Shown here one piece after another: positions 19,270 through 29,383 of a DNA stretch of 64,000 nucleotides. Every line of letters starts with the position of its first letter. The first letter of the stretch is position 1. The stretch is taken from assembly GCA_031549925.1 (NCBI GenBank), contig JAVBPA010000006.1, positions 1-64,000 on the forward strand, in the 5' to 3' direction. A program made the translations under genes and the position numbers. A model generated the notes under the pieces. The model had not been told where the DNA came from, ran no database searches, and saw only the letters and a list, made by a program, of their open reading frames with translations. This DNA comes from Eubacteriales bacterium. GTDB lineage: Bacteria > Bacillota > Clostridia > Oscillospirales > CAG-272.

Positions 19270-20913
19270 TTATTTATTTTTAAAATAAACAGCTTTTTTA
19301 TTTTTTTTATATTTTTTTGTTTTACTCAAATTTTTCTTTTTAAAATTTCCGCTTTTGTAATTTTCGATTAATATAAAAGCTAATTTTATAATATAAAAAA
19401 TAAAACAAGCCAGTACAATTAAATTTCCGGTTTTTGTATAAAAAGTTGTTTTATTATTAAAATAAACTTCGCCGGTTATATATCCAGTGGTAAGAGGTTT
19501 TAGGGAGTTAATTATTCTTCCGCTTGGATTAATTATCGATGAAATTCCGGTGTTAGCCGCACGTATTACATATTTTCCGTTTTCAACAGCCCTTAACATA
19601 GCATGCCGGTTATGCTGGTATACCGCCGCAGAATCATAATACCATGAATCATTTGTAACAAGAGCTATTAATTCTGCTCCGTCACGTACAGAATCGACAG
19701 CAAGCATTTCATATATAGAATCAAAACATACAAGCCCTCCTATAGATCCATATGAAGTTTCTGTAATTGCGCTATCTTTACCTGCAATTATAGGAGAATC
19801 AAATAAATTCATGTTTGCGACAACGGGGAGTATAGCATTGAATAATCCGCTCATAGGAAGATATTCACCAAAAGGAACAGGATGTCTTTTATAATACGGA
19901 TTTTCGTAAACTGTTCCGTCAGCTAAAAATGTCATAATTGCATTATAATTTTTTACTTCACCATTTTCAATATCTTCAATTTTATCAAAAGTTCCGGTCA
20001 TTATTATAATTCCGTTATCAGTTGCTAATTGTTTAATACGGTCATATAACTTATTGTATTTGCGCAATGTAACATTTATAACAGTTTCCGGCCATAAAAC
20101 TATATTAGGTTTATATTCTTGTACAGCATTTTCTGTAAGATTTACATAAATATCAAGTGTTTCGGAAATACTTCCGTTCCATTTATCACCTGATGAAATA
20201 TTTCCTTGTATTAAAGCTATTCGCACTGGATTGTTGTTGCTGTTTTCATCAATTGAATTCTCATATAATAGTGATAAATATCCGTATGCGAAATTTACCA
20301 TAATAATCGAAACCGCAATTGCCGCGTAATAATTAATACCGATACGGGGTTTTTTATATTCATTTTTTATTTTTATAAAGGCGAGAACAAAATATCCGTT
20401 TGCCAAAGCTATAATAAATCCGATAAATAAAGACCCGAATAAAGACGCACTTTGTATCATTTCAAGTCTTCCGCATTGCGACAGAGCAAACCGGAAAAAG
20501 GGAACTCCCATCCAGGTTTGAGTTTGCGCCCATTCAAGAAGGGTGAAACAGCAAGCGAGAGAAATCGGATATAACCAAAAAATTTTTCCTTTTATAAATT
20601 TAAAAAGCAAAGCTAAAAAAGCAGTTCCTACACCTTGCAAACTTGATAAACCGAGCCAGCAAAAAATAATAACTCCAATGCTTTGCACAGGAGTAAAACC
20701 CGCAAAATCCATCGGATATAATTCGCAAAACCAATAATAAAGCGGTATATAATATCCCATGCTCCATACAAGTGTATGTCTGAATTTTGGAGTTTTCGTT
20801 ATTAAAACATAAAAAAGCGGGGTGAGGGATATCCAGGAAAGAAAAAATAAGCTGTCATATATCATCGGAAGAGCCGATAATATCCCTGAAATCAAACAAA
20901 GAATATATGTCAT
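19270..20913 (-). CDS. lnt: Apolipoprotein N-acyltransferase (Lnt), CN-hydrolase family
   Basis: Multi-TM N-terminus followed by a CN-hydrolase domain. GGLVCFDSIYE...VTNDSWYY...RAANTGISSIINPSGRI aligns with the E. coli Lnt catalytic region (ICYE...SNDAWFG...RSTNNGITAVI). Confidence 0.8.
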   Translation of the reverse strand: MTYILCLISGILSALPMIYDSLFFLSWISLTPLFYVLITKTPKFRHTLVWSMGYYIPLYYWFCELYPMDFAGFTPVQSIGVIIFCWLGLSSLQGVGTAFLALLFKFIKGKIFWLYPISLACCFTLLEWAQTQTWMGVPFFRFALSQCGRLEMIQSASLFGSLFIGFIIALANGYFVLAFIKIKNEYKKPRIGINYYAAIAVSIIMVNFAYGYLSLLYENSIDENSNNNPVRIALIQGNISSGDKWNGSISETLDIYVNLTENAVQEYKPNIVLWPETVINVTLRKYNKLYDRIKQLATDNGIIIMTGTFDKIEDIENGEVKNYNAIMTFLADGTVYENPYYKRHPVPFGEYLPMSGLFNAILPVVANMNLFDSPIIAGKDSAITETSYGSIGGLVCFDSIYEMLAVDSVRDGAELIALVTNDSWYYDSAAVYQHNRHAMLRAVENGKYVIRAANTGISSIINPSGRIINSLKPLTTGYITGEVYFNNKTTFYTKTGNLIVLACFIFYIIKLAFILIENYKSGNFKKKNLSKTKKYKKNKKAVYFKNK

Positions 20914-21884
20914 AAATTAAAATCACGGATAAAATTTATTTTATTAATCGGTATTTCATAATTTCTGTTATCAAAAGATACTTTATATGAATAAAGAGCT
21001 TGGTATTTGTATCCGATTTTTTTATCGTTACGGTTAATACCGTATTTTCCGTCACCTAATAATGGATGATCAATTGACGCTAAATGAGCTCGGATTTGAT
21101 GGGTGCGTCCGGTAACAAGTTCTATTTCAAGTATTGATATAGCTTCGTCAATACCTTTTATGTTGGTTTTTTCAGCAATAACTTTGTATTTTGTTATAAT
21201 CTTTTTGATATCGGATTTATTTCCGTGAGGAGGATTTTTATAAACTGTAACCATTTTTTGATCACTGTCTTTTGATAAATAACCCAAAAGAGTATCGCTT
21301 TGTTTAGGCATTATACCATGAACGGCACAAATATATTTTTTAACAAGATTTCCGGATTTAATTTTTTCATTCATATACCTAAGTGCAGCGGCGTTTTTCG
21401 CAGCTATAACTATTCCACCGGTATTTCTGTCTATACGGTTGCACAAAGCGGGAGCAAATGAATTTTCTTCATCCGGATTATATTCACCGTTTTGATATAA
21501 ATATGCTTTTATATTATCGATGAGAGTTCCGCCTTTGTCGGAAGAAGAATCGGAATTTTCGTTATCTCCCGTATGGCACAACTGCCCGGGATGCTTATCG
21601 CATATTATATAATCGTTATCTTCAAAAATTATATTAACATTCGGTTTTATTATTTTAAAAGCCGTTTCGCGGTTTTCGCTGAAAAATTCCTCGTTTATAT
21701 ATAATTCGACAATATCACCTTCACATAAAATATACGCTGGGTCTGTTCGTTTATTATTAACTTTAATTTTTTTTATTCTGATAAATTTGTACATCAGAGT
21801 ATGCGGGAGCAGCCAAACAGCTTTTGCTATAAATTTATCAAGCCTTTGCCCGGAATCATTTTTATTTATATTTAATATTCGCAT
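20910..21884 (-). CDS. RluA-family pseudouridine synthase with an N-terminal S4-like domain
   Basis: HQIRAHLASIDHPLLGDGKYG catalytic motif. Its TGA stop overlaps the lnt ATG (ATGA). Confidence 0.8.
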   Translation of the reverse strand: MRILNINKNDSGQRLDKFIAKAVWLLPHTLMYKFIRIKKIKVNNKRTDPAYILCEGDIVELYINEEFFSENRETAFKIIKPNVNIIFEDNDYIICDKHPGQLCHTGDNENSDSSSDKGGTLIDNIKAYLYQNGEYNPDEENSFAPALCNRIDRNTGGIVIAAKNAAALRYMNEKIKSGNLVKKYICAVHGIMPKQSDTLLGYLSKDSDQKMVTVYKNPPHGNKSDIKKIITKYKVIAEKTNIKGIDEAISILEIELVTGRTHQIRAHLASIDHPLLGDGKYGINRNDKKIGYKYQALYSYKVSFDNRNYEIPINKINFIRDFNL

Positions 21885-21987
21885 ATAAAGCTCCGTATAT
21901 TATTAAACAATACAAAATATTAAAGATTTATTTAAACCGAAATTTAATGGAAAAACAATTTGCAATAAATATAAATTATTTATATCG

Positions 21988-22016
21988 TTGACAAATTATA
22001 TCATATATTTTATAAT
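21988..22016 (+). promoter_or_regulatory. Consensus sigmaA promoter (TTGACA, 17 nt, TATAAT) for the GDSL hydrolase gene
   Basis: Exact hexamers at 21988-21993 and 22011-22016. Confidence 0.55.
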
Positions 22017-22059
22017 TAATCAAATGTTATTTGTTTATAAAACAGGAGGATTAATTAAC

Positions 22060-22674
22060 ATGAAAATATTATTTCAGGGTGACAGTATAACCGATGCGGG
22101 TAGAGGGAGAGAAAATCCGCATGAACTCGGCGGAGGATATGCTTCATATGCGGCACAGTTTATAAAAGATGAATATCCTGATAAAGAATTTGAATTTATA
22201 AATTTAGGAATAAGCGGAAACAGAGCAGAATCGTTGCTTGAAAGATGGCAATATGATGCTATTGACATCAATCCTGATGTTATATCGATAATGATCGGTG
22301 TAAATGATACATGGCATAGATCAGCTGATAAAAATTGGATGCCGCATGAATATTTCGAGGATTGTTACCGCCAGTGTCTTATAGCAATTAAAGAAAAAAC
22401 CAAAGCTAAAATTATTATTTTGGAACAATTTTTATGTTATACCGAAGATAAAGCATTTTTCAGAATAGATTTGGATCCCAAAATACAAATAACAAGAAAA
22501 TTAGCACGTGAATACGCAGATGCTTTTATACCTCTTGACGGTATTTTTGATTCTGAAACAATTAGATTGAAAACAGCTCCGACATACTGGGCAAATGACG
22601 GCGTACATCCTTCTGAAGCAGGTGCGAAATTGATAGCGAAAAAATATTTGAGAGCTTTTAAATCTATAATATAA
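22060..22674 (+). CDS. SGNH/GDSL-family hydrolase (lipase/acylhydrolase-like)
   Basis: Start at MKILFQGDSITDAG, which carries the GDS(L) block I motif, with AGGAGG upstream; DGVHPS is block V. Confidence 0.75.
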   Translation: MKILFQGDSITDAGRGRENPHELGGGYASYAAQFIKDEYPDKEFEFINLGISGNRAESLLERWQYDAIDINPDVISIMIGVNDTWHRSADKNWMPHEYFEDCYRQCLIAIKEKTKAKIIILEQFLCYTEDKAFFRIDLDPKIQITRKLAREYADAFIPLDGIFDSETIRLKTAPTYWANDGVHPSEAGAKLIAKKYLRAFKSII

Positions 22675-22704
22675 AAATATATTAAAAACGCATCAATCAT
22701 ATAG

Positions 22705-22750
22705 AAAAGTTCCCGTAATTTTTTTGATTTTACGAGAACTTTTTATTTTT
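22705..22750. terminator. Bidirectional intrinsic terminator between the GDSL gene (+) and thiT (-)
   Basis: GTTCCCGTAA...TTACGAGAAC hairpin flanked by an A-run and a T-run. Confidence 0.5.
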
Positions 22751-23369
22751 ACGCTTTTTTTATATGATTTTTATTTAATACATTTAATATTGTAACTACG
22801 GCAGAAGCAGCGGTAAGAGTTATAATAATTTCCGGTATCATATACTGCGCATTGTATATAATTGAATAAGTCCACATTCCGAATTTATTAACCAAATCAT
22901 TCCATTGTCCTTCTTTGGTAATGCTGTACCAAACTACTGCACCGCTGACTACATGCATAATGAATCGGAGTAAACAAGCTGTCAAAGATCCCAATAAAAC
23001 TTTTATAATAGTATTTGTTTTTATTTTATTAAATACAGCGGCAGTTCCTATAACTGTGAAAGCAAAGATATAATCGAATAAAATACATAATACAATTCCT
23101 TCCGGAGTTTGTACCCATGCAACGGAGCTTAAACCAAAAAGCAATTGAATAACCGAATAAACGAAAGCTGTTCCATATCCCCACATCAAACCGTGTCTGA
23201 ATGCTATTAATAAAATGGGAACCATTGAAAATAGTGTAACCGATCCGCCGAGTGGAGCTTCATAAATTTTGATTAAAGATAATACAGAAGCCGCCGCGCA
23301 CATAATTGCACATTCCGCAAGAATTTTTGTTTTACCAAAATAAAGTTTTTCAGCTGTTTTTACTTGCAT
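22749..23369 (-). CDS. thiT: ECF-transporter S component for thiamine (ThiT-like)
   Basis: Six-TM protein downstream of a TPP riboswitch. Start reassigned to MQVKTAEK, which has AGGAGA upstream. Confidence 0.7.
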   Translation of the reverse strand: MQVKTAEKLYFGKTKILAECAIMCAAASVLSLIKIYEAPLGGSVTLFSMVPILLIAFRHGLMWGYGTAFVYSVIQLLFGLSSVAWVQTPEGIVLCILFDYIFAFTVIGTAAVFNKIKTNTIIKVLLGSLTACLLRFIMHVVSGAVVWYSITKEGQWNDLVNKFGMWTYSIIYNAQYMIPEIIITLTAASAVVTILNVLNKNHIKKA

Positions 23370-23384
23370 AAAATTTCTCCTTTT

Positions 23385-23570
23385 AAATAAAAATACCGCA
23401 CCTTTTAAATGGTTGGTGCGGTACAAATATTTTAGTCAGAAATTATATGCTTGAAAAAATTTCGCCTAAAACTCCCTACGTTGGCATTACCCATATCAGG
23501 TTATAAGGGACAACACAGAAAAACTACTGTGAATCACAGCCGGATTTTAATCCAGCGCCCCTGTCTATTA
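23385..23570 (-). promoter_or_regulatory. TPP (THI-box) riboswitch with terminator expression platform, controlling thiT
   Basis: The reverse strand reads GGGGCGCTGGATTAAAATCCGGCTGTGA...CCCTTATAACCTGATATGGGTAATGCCAACGTAGGGAG, which matches the THI-element consensus (GGGGTGCC...GCTGAGA...ACCCTT..AACCTGATCTGGATAATGCCAGCGTAGGGAA). Downstream there is an ACCGCACC...GGTGCGGT hairpin plus a U-run before the RBS. Confidence 0.8.
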
Positions 23571-23588
23571 AATTGTGCGGTTTATATT

Positions 23589-23617
23589 ATTATACTCTAT
23601 TTTTTAAATTATGTCAA
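23589..23617 (-). promoter_or_regulatory. Consensus sigmaA promoter (TTGACA, 17 nt, TATAAT) driving the TPP riboswitch-thiT transcript
   Basis: The reverse strand shows TTGACATAATTTAAAAAATAGAGTATAAT. Confidence 0.55.
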
Positions 23618-23743
23618 GTATTTGTTCAAAAATCACAATTCAAAAGCATAAATGTAAATATTGTAAAAAAATATGTGATAAAAAAACTAATAATAAAAGT
23701 TTTTTGTTACTTTTTTTCAAAAAAAGTAAATGTACTTCGTATT

Positions 23744-24853
23744 CTATAAGTTATATATCTTAAGTGCACGGCTGGCTGTTATTTCTTTTATTTCATCTGC
23801 CGTGACTTCACGTCCCAATTTTGTTGATATGTAAATACCTTCTTGTATAAGCTGTGTATCAAGTGCGATTTTAGCGGTCGGGTATAATTGTGCTCTTCCC
23901 AGAAGTGCGTTAATCCATAATTTTTGCGAATCGTCATACATGGAATTTTCGGAATAAACAGTATGATTTAAATAATTCATATTTCCGAGGTCTGCGGATA
24001 AATCTACTTGTATATCGTTCATTGCGGTATAAAATTTAAAAGGAACAAGAGTTACTCCGCCCTTTGAACCTGCTATCATCGAAGGAGGGAAAGATGAAGA
24101 ATATATCGCCCATGCTTCCAATATATCCATAGTCAATCCATTTTTGAAGGTAGCAAAGCCGCATCCCAATTCTTCCACATTATAACCGGATTCTTCACGT
24201 CTTTTTTCATCCATAGGAAGTTTGGAATATGTTCTTCCGCAAACTCTTTCAAGAACAGGACAATCAGTTAAATACAAAAGCTGCGATATATGATATACAC
24301 CCATATCAAATAAAGCTCCTCCGCCTGAAGTAGTTGTGTTAACAAATTCTTTTGTTGCATAACCGTCTACAAAAGGACGGCCGCGGCGGCGGTAACCGTA
24401 TGAACGCATGTGATAAATTTCTCCGAGTTCACCAGCTTCTATAAATTTTTTTGCGGCACGTGTATCGTCGGTATACAAAAACGCGAGTTGGATATGAAGC
24501 TTCATTCCGGTTTTTTGCATTGTTTCATACATAGCAAGCGAATCGGCATAAGTTCCGGACATCGGTTTTTCACAATAAACATTAAGACCGTGTTCCATTG
24601 CGTATATAGAAACAGGAGCGTGCATGTTGTTATGTAAACATACATCAACAGCGTCCAGTTTTTCCTGTGCGATCATTTTCCCTATATGAGTATAGCGTTT
24701 CTTTATGTTGTACCGGTCACCTATCCAATTTAAACGTTCTTCATTGACATCACATAAAGCAGTTATATCACATTCCGGAATATTACTATAATTTGCAATA
24801 TGCTGTTCTCCGATAATTCCGTTCCCGATAATTCCTATTTTAATTTTATCCAT
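23744..24853 (-). CDS. Gfo/Idh/MocA-family NAD(P)-dependent oxidoreductase
   Basis: N-terminal Rossmann motif IGIIGNGIIG and a typical C-terminal alpha/beta domain. Confidence 0.8.
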   Translation of the reverse strand: MDKIKIGIIGNGIIGEQHIANYSNIPECDITALCDVNEERLNWIGDRYNIKKRYTHIGKMIAQEKLDAVDVCLHNNMHAPVSIYAMEHGLNVYCEKPMSGTYADSLAMYETMQKTGMKLHIQLAFLYTDDTRAAKKFIEAGELGEIYHMRSYGYRRRGRPFVDGYATKEFVNTTTSGGGALFDMGVYHISQLLYLTDCPVLERVCGRTYSKLPMDEKRREESGYNVEELGCGFATFKNGLTMDILEAWAIYSSSFPPSMIAGSKGGVTLVPFKFYTAMNDIQVDLSADLGNMNYLNHTVYSENSMYDDSQKLWINALLGRAQLYPTAKIALDTQLIQEGIYISTKLGREVTADEIKEITASRALKIYNL

Positions 24854-24928
24854 AAATTTTACCTCTCGACATAATATATAACCGTTCCATAATTATACAT
24901 TATTTATAAAAATGGAACGGATAAAAAC

Positions 24929-25711
24929 TTACAGCAAATTACCGTATTTATTTTTTAGATTATCGATACAAATCTTTACTCCATCAAGATCATTATAAAG
25001 AGTTTCACATTCATATTCGATTACATATACAACAGTACCGCCTTTTTCGCGGCAAAAATTCAATATTTCACTGTAATCGTTATCATCTCCCAAATCTCCC
25101 AAAATAGTTTCATAACCGTTCTTGTATGAATACGGCTTTAAATGAAGTATTTGAGCGCGTCCGGGAGAATTATATAATTCCGATTTAATATCTGCTCCGC
25201 CATGCATTGCGTTTCCGGTATCGAGCTGCATTATAAAATCAGGAGATGTTAAATCGCGAAGAGTAGACCAGATTGTTTTATTTGTTTCAGGTATTATAGA
25301 AAATTCCGCCGAATGGTTATGATAACCTGTATAGAGCCCATATTTCTTTAACTTTTCAGATATTAAGTTTACTTTTTCCGCGGTTTTTTGCAATGAATCA
25401 TATGAATTAAGCATTGTATCGGGCATCCAAGGCATAATAATATATTTGTTACCCGCTTCTAAATGAAATTTTACTGCATCATCAAAGAGTTTTCCCTCAT
25501 CAAATAAAGGTTCATAAGGATAATGCCATCCGGAACACCAAAGATCCGCTTCTTTTAATGCATTTGCATATTCTATTGCTGTGTGAACAGGACCTCCCGC
25601 GAATTCTACGCAATCATAACCGAAGCTTTTTACTTTTTTTAAAGTTCCGATGAGATCAGCTGCCAATGAGTTTCGTACAGAAAATAATTCCAGTGATACA
25701 GGTATTGCCAT
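24929..25711 (-). CDS. Sugar phosphate isomerase/epimerase (xylose-isomerase-like TIM barrel)
   Basis: Family-like sequence and length (260 aa). Stop and start are adjacent to those of the neighbouring sugar-related genes. Confidence 0.65.
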   Translation of the reverse strand: MAIPVSLELFSVRNSLAADLIGTLKKVKSFGYDCVEFAGGPVHTAIEYANALKEADLWCSGWHYPYEPLFDEGKLFDDAVKFHLEAGNKYIIMPWMPDTMLNSYDSLQKTAEKVNLISEKLKKYGLYTGYHNHSAEFSIIPETNKTIWSTLRDLTSPDFIMQLDTGNAMHGGADIKSELYNSPGRAQILHLKPYSYKNGYETILGDLGDDNDYSEILNFCREKGGTVVYVIEYECETLYNDLDGVKICIDNLKNKYGNLL

Positions 25712-25713
25712 AA

Positions 25714-27234
25714 TTAATCGACCTCCGTTTTAGAAATTAAATTTTCAACCATATTTTCAAGCTGTTTTAAAGCTGCTTTTTCTCCTGAATCATAAGCCGA
25801 AATAAAATTGGTATTATGTGAAGCTAAAGGATTTGCAAACGAAATGTTAAGTAAAAATCCTCCGAGAGAAGTTCCGTATGCCAGGGGAAATGTCGCACCG
25901 AAATTGTCATGAATAATATCTATCATCATTGCTGATGTTTCATCTCTGGTATATTTGACTTTTAATGCGTTTTCGTAATATTCCGGAATAACCAATACAC
26001 CGGTTTCGCGGTTGCATACTTCTATAACAGTAGTTATAAAATTCATGTTCTGAACTGTTATCGGTATAGTTCCTATTTCTGTCGTATCGTGAGATGAAGT
26101 TATATAATTTTCTTGATTATCATCGAATTTGGGATAAGGTACAACACCAATATCAAACTTTATATCACGCATTTTTTCTAAATAACCCAAACGCTGATAT
26201 CCTAAAAATATTGTTTCATTTTCACCGAATAATTTTATTAAACCTTCTGTAGAAGGATCTTTCGGAGAAGTTAAAGTTCCTGAACTGTAAAAAATTTCGT
26301 TTAATTTTTCAAGAAGCTTTACAGAACGTTCGTTTTTGAATGCAAAAGATATAGAATAATCTTCTTCCCGTTTTATAAAAGTTATATCCGCTCCGATCAT
26401 AAACGGAACCGCGCTTCCCCACATGCCATTGCAGGTAAATCCTATTTGATCTCCTTCGTTAACTTTGCCGTCTCCGTTCAAATCACTATAACCGGATGTT
26501 ACATAATTTAAAAATTTGTCGAAAGTCCAGCTTCCGTCAATAACATTTTCATAAACGAGGTCGGGGTCATGAAACATATTTTCAAATAAAATTTTATTAT
26601 AAAACAACGCATGGCAGGAACCGATTATATCCATAAAGTAATCACCGGCCATTATATACATTCTGTCTACGGTTAACTTTAAATCTTCCATATAGCCTTT
26701 GTACCAGTACTGTTTTGAATAATCGAAATTTTCTATATCGTTTATATTCATAAACATACCTTCATGCGTGAGTTCGGCTGCCGGGAATAAATCATTGATA
26801 ATTAAATCATAAGCATCATCTGCGGATAAAATCAACTTTCGGATATTTGTGGTAACTGCTGAATAATCATAATTTGATTCTGTAAAAACGAATTTTATTC
26901 CGATTAAATCTTCAACAGTTTGATTTCTTAAAAACACCGCGTCGTTAACAGGATCACCGTTGATTGTACCTGTTCCTTCGATCAAAGCGTTTGCATTCGT
27001 AGCGTCATTTGTGTTGACACTTGTGTAGATTCTAAAATTTTCCCCGTTAAAATTTACATTGTCAAAACGTGTATCGCGGAGTTCTTCTGTTTCTGAAGAT
27101 GATGATTCGCCGTTTGATGTATTACTATTATCGGATGCTTTATTATCACTGCAAGAAGTAATAATTAATGTACTTCCGATTATCAAAAATACAAACATAA
27201 AACATAGTAAACGTTTTAAAAAAGATTTTTTCAT
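25714..27234 (-). CDS. Lipoprotein: extracellular solute-binding protein, family 1 (LplA/LipO-like), with no adjacent permease genes
   Basis: Signal peptide with lipobox (LIITSCSDN), about 500 aa, and a DLNGDGKVNEGD calcium-binding-like motif typical of large LplA-type sugar SBPs. It is a paralog of the gene at 46304-47761. Confidence 0.5.
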   Translation of the reverse strand: MKKSFLKRLLCFMFVFLIIGSTLIITSCSDNKASDNSNTSNGESSSSETEELRDTRFDNVNFNGENFRIYTSVNTNDATNANALIEGTGTINGDPVNDAVFLRNQTVEDLIGIKFVFTESNYDYSAVTTNIRKLILSADDAYDLIINDLFPAAELTHEGMFMNINDIENFDYSKQYWYKGYMEDLKLTVDRMYIMAGDYFMDIIGSCHALFYNKILFENMFHDPDLVYENVIDGSWTFDKFLNYVTSGYSDLNGDGKVNEGDQIGFTCNGMWGSAVPFMIGADITFIKREEDYSISFAFKNERSVKLLEKLNEIFYSSGTLTSPKDPSTEGLIKLFGENETIFLGYQRLGYLEKMRDIKFDIGVVPYPKFDDNQENYITSSHDTTEIGTIPITVQNMNFITTVIEVCNRETGVLVIPEYYENALKVKYTRDETSAMMIDIIHDNFGATFPLAYGTSLGGFLLNISFANPLASHNTNFISAYDSGEKAALKQLENMVENLISKTEVD

Positions 27235-27418
27235 ACAATAATTCCCCCTAAAAATATATAAATAATGACATTTATCCGAATTTTATATTAACATGTTCTT
27301 TATAAAAAATCAATAATTATTTAATATTTATTTTTATTGTATGATTATTTTATTTAAAGTTTACATTATTACGAACACAAAGCTATTCGTTTATTTATTT
27401 CATATAATTTTTAACAAA

Positions 27419-28555
27419 TTAATTATTGATAACATTCATTACATCGCGTTCAAACTCTCTTGCGGTTTCAGCTCCCGCTCCTCCCGCAGTTGTCATATTG
27501 GAACAATATACTGCCGTTAAATTATTTACAGGGTCAATCCAAAAATGAGTTCCGTATGCGCCGCTCCAACCGAAACATCCTTTCGGTAATATATTTTTAT
27601 TATTATTAATTATACGCATACCAAGACCCCAAACTTCACCGTAATTTTCAAAAGGAGCTAATATAGGTTGATGTGAAGTTGACATAAGAGAAACAGATTT
27701 TTCGGATAATATTCTAATCCCCCGGTATTTTCCAAAGCCAGCCAGCATTTGAGCAAATATAATGTAATCTTCCGCAGAACCTAGAAGACCCGCTCCTCCT
27801 GATGTGTATGACATAGGTATATTCCCGAAAATATGTTCTCCCAAATCTTCACGTTTACAGCCGCTATCTGTCGAAGTATAAAGAGTTACGGTACGATTCC
27901 ATTGATCTTCTGTAGGGAAGAAAGTAATATCATTTATACCTATCGGCGAAAATAAATATTTTGTTATATATTCCTGAAACGAAAATCCTGAACATATTTC
28001 TACAATATATGCCAGCGTATCGAAAGCAAAAAGGCCGCTGTAAGCTAAATTTGTACGCGGTTCAAAATCCAGTAAAATATTACCCAGCTTGGGTATAACA
28101 GTTGATAAAGTATCTTTGGTTTTGGGAATAAATTCTTGAAATTGTCTGTCTCCGACCGGACCTGATGCAAGTCCTGAGGAATGGGTTAATAAATCTACAA
28201 TACGGATATTATTAGTTACTTGTTTTATATCGATAAGTTTATCATCAATAATTTTTCCTACATGCATTTTATCAAATGAAGGAATAAACTTTGAAACTTC
28301 ATCGAATATATCAAGTTTTCCTAAATCATATTCACGCATAATAGCCGCAGCTGCAACCGGTTTTGTCATAGAAGCCATTCTAAACAAAGCGTTTGGTTTT
28401 AAAGATACAGCGTTTTCTATGTCGGACATACCGAAAATACCGTGATAAACTTCTTCTCCGTTAATACTGACTATTGCTGCGGAAGACGAAATATTACCGT
28501 TTCTTATTCGTTCTTCGTTATGTATTTCGATATTTGAAAAAAGTTTCTTCTGCAT
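27419..28555 (-). CDS. Serine hydrolase, beta-lactamase/transpeptidase fold (class C-like)
   Basis: SMTK (SxxK) active-site motif near the N-terminus; about 380 aa. Confidence 0.7.
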   Translation of the reverse strand: MQKKLFSNIEIHNEERIRNGNISSSAAIVSINGEEVYHGIFGMSDIENAVSLKPNALFRMASMTKPVAAAAIMREYDLGKLDIFDEVSKFIPSFDKMHVGKIIDDKLIDIKQVTNNIRIVDLLTHSSGLASGPVGDRQFQEFIPKTKDTLSTVIPKLGNILLDFEPRTNLAYSGLFAFDTLAYIVEICSGFSFQEYITKYLFSPIGINDITFFPTEDQWNRTVTLYTSTDSGCKREDLGEHIFGNIPMSYTSGGAGLLGSAEDYIIFAQMLAGFGKYRGIRILSEKSVSLMSTSHQPILAPFENYGEVWGLGMRIINNNKNILPKGCFGWSGAYGTHFWIDPVNNLTAVYCSNMTTAGGAGAETAREFERDVMNVINN

Positions 28556-28579
28556 TTGTTTACATCCTTTTTATAATAA

Positions 28580-29383
28580 TTAAACAGTTATTGAAGTTAT
28601 TTTTTCTATTAAATCTGCTATAGCTCCACTGTTATTATCAGCTGTTATAATACCGCTTCCATCCAAATCACGTCTCATCGAAACCATATCGAGTACTTCA
28701 GGTAAAGAATTTGAGGGACATACTGCAATATCAGCAGCTTCCAGCATTTCAAGATCATTTTCGTAATCTCCAACCGCATATATGATGGTTTCAATTCCTT
28801 TTTTTGAAAAATATTCTTTTAAATCAACAAGAGATATACCTTTTGATGCACCATGCTGTAAGATTTCAAACAAACACGGAGATGAAAAGTTGTATCTGAA
28901 ACGATTACCGTATTTTTCTTTTACATATTCGTAAATATCGTATAAATCCGCACGCCGAAACAAAGTATCTTTTTCGCTTGTTTGCGTACTCTCATAAACG
29001 ACTTTATACCACATATCTCCTATATCATCAGTACCGTCAAATTTTAAATAATGAATATCTCTCCTGTCAGTATAACGCGGTTTGGAAAGAGGAAACATTT
29101 TATTGATATCAGTTAAAATTTCGTACATTGGTGCACCGTCAAAAGTTTTTTCGTTTAATATTTCTCCGGTTGTATTGTCATACATAAAAGCACCATTACA
29201 CAATATAATGGGAGAATTAACATACTCCGACCATTTGATTGCGTATCTTCCGGTAGCTATTGTAAAATAATGTCCGGCTTCTTTAAATTTTTTTATTGCT
29301 TTAATATTTCGAGGTGCGGGATTAGATGTGCTATCTAAAAAAGTACCGTCAAGATCTGAAACAATAACGTATTTTTTATTCAT
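28580..29383 (-). CDS. Cof-type HAD-IIB phosphatase
   Basis: DLDGT motif I (VSDLDGTFLD) and GDYENDLEML motif IV. Confidence 0.8.
   Translation of the reverse strand: MNKKYVIVSDLDGTFLDSTSNPAPRNIKAIKKFKEAGHYFTIATGRYAIKWSEYVNSPIILCNGAFMYDNTTGEILNEKTFDGAPMYEILTDINKMFPLSKPRYTDRRDIHYLKFDGTDDIGDMWYKVVYESTQTSEKDTLFRRADLYDIYEYVKEKYGNRFRYNFSSPCLFEILQHGASKGISLVDLKEYFSKKGIETIIYAVGDYENDLEMLEAADIAVCPSNSLPEVLDMVSMRRDLDGSGIITADNNSGAIADLIEKITSITV

Noticed and set aside
23451-23651. 66-aa plus-strand ORF
   Set aside because: Overlaps the TPP riboswitch and promoter on the opposite strand, so it is a non-coding leader region.
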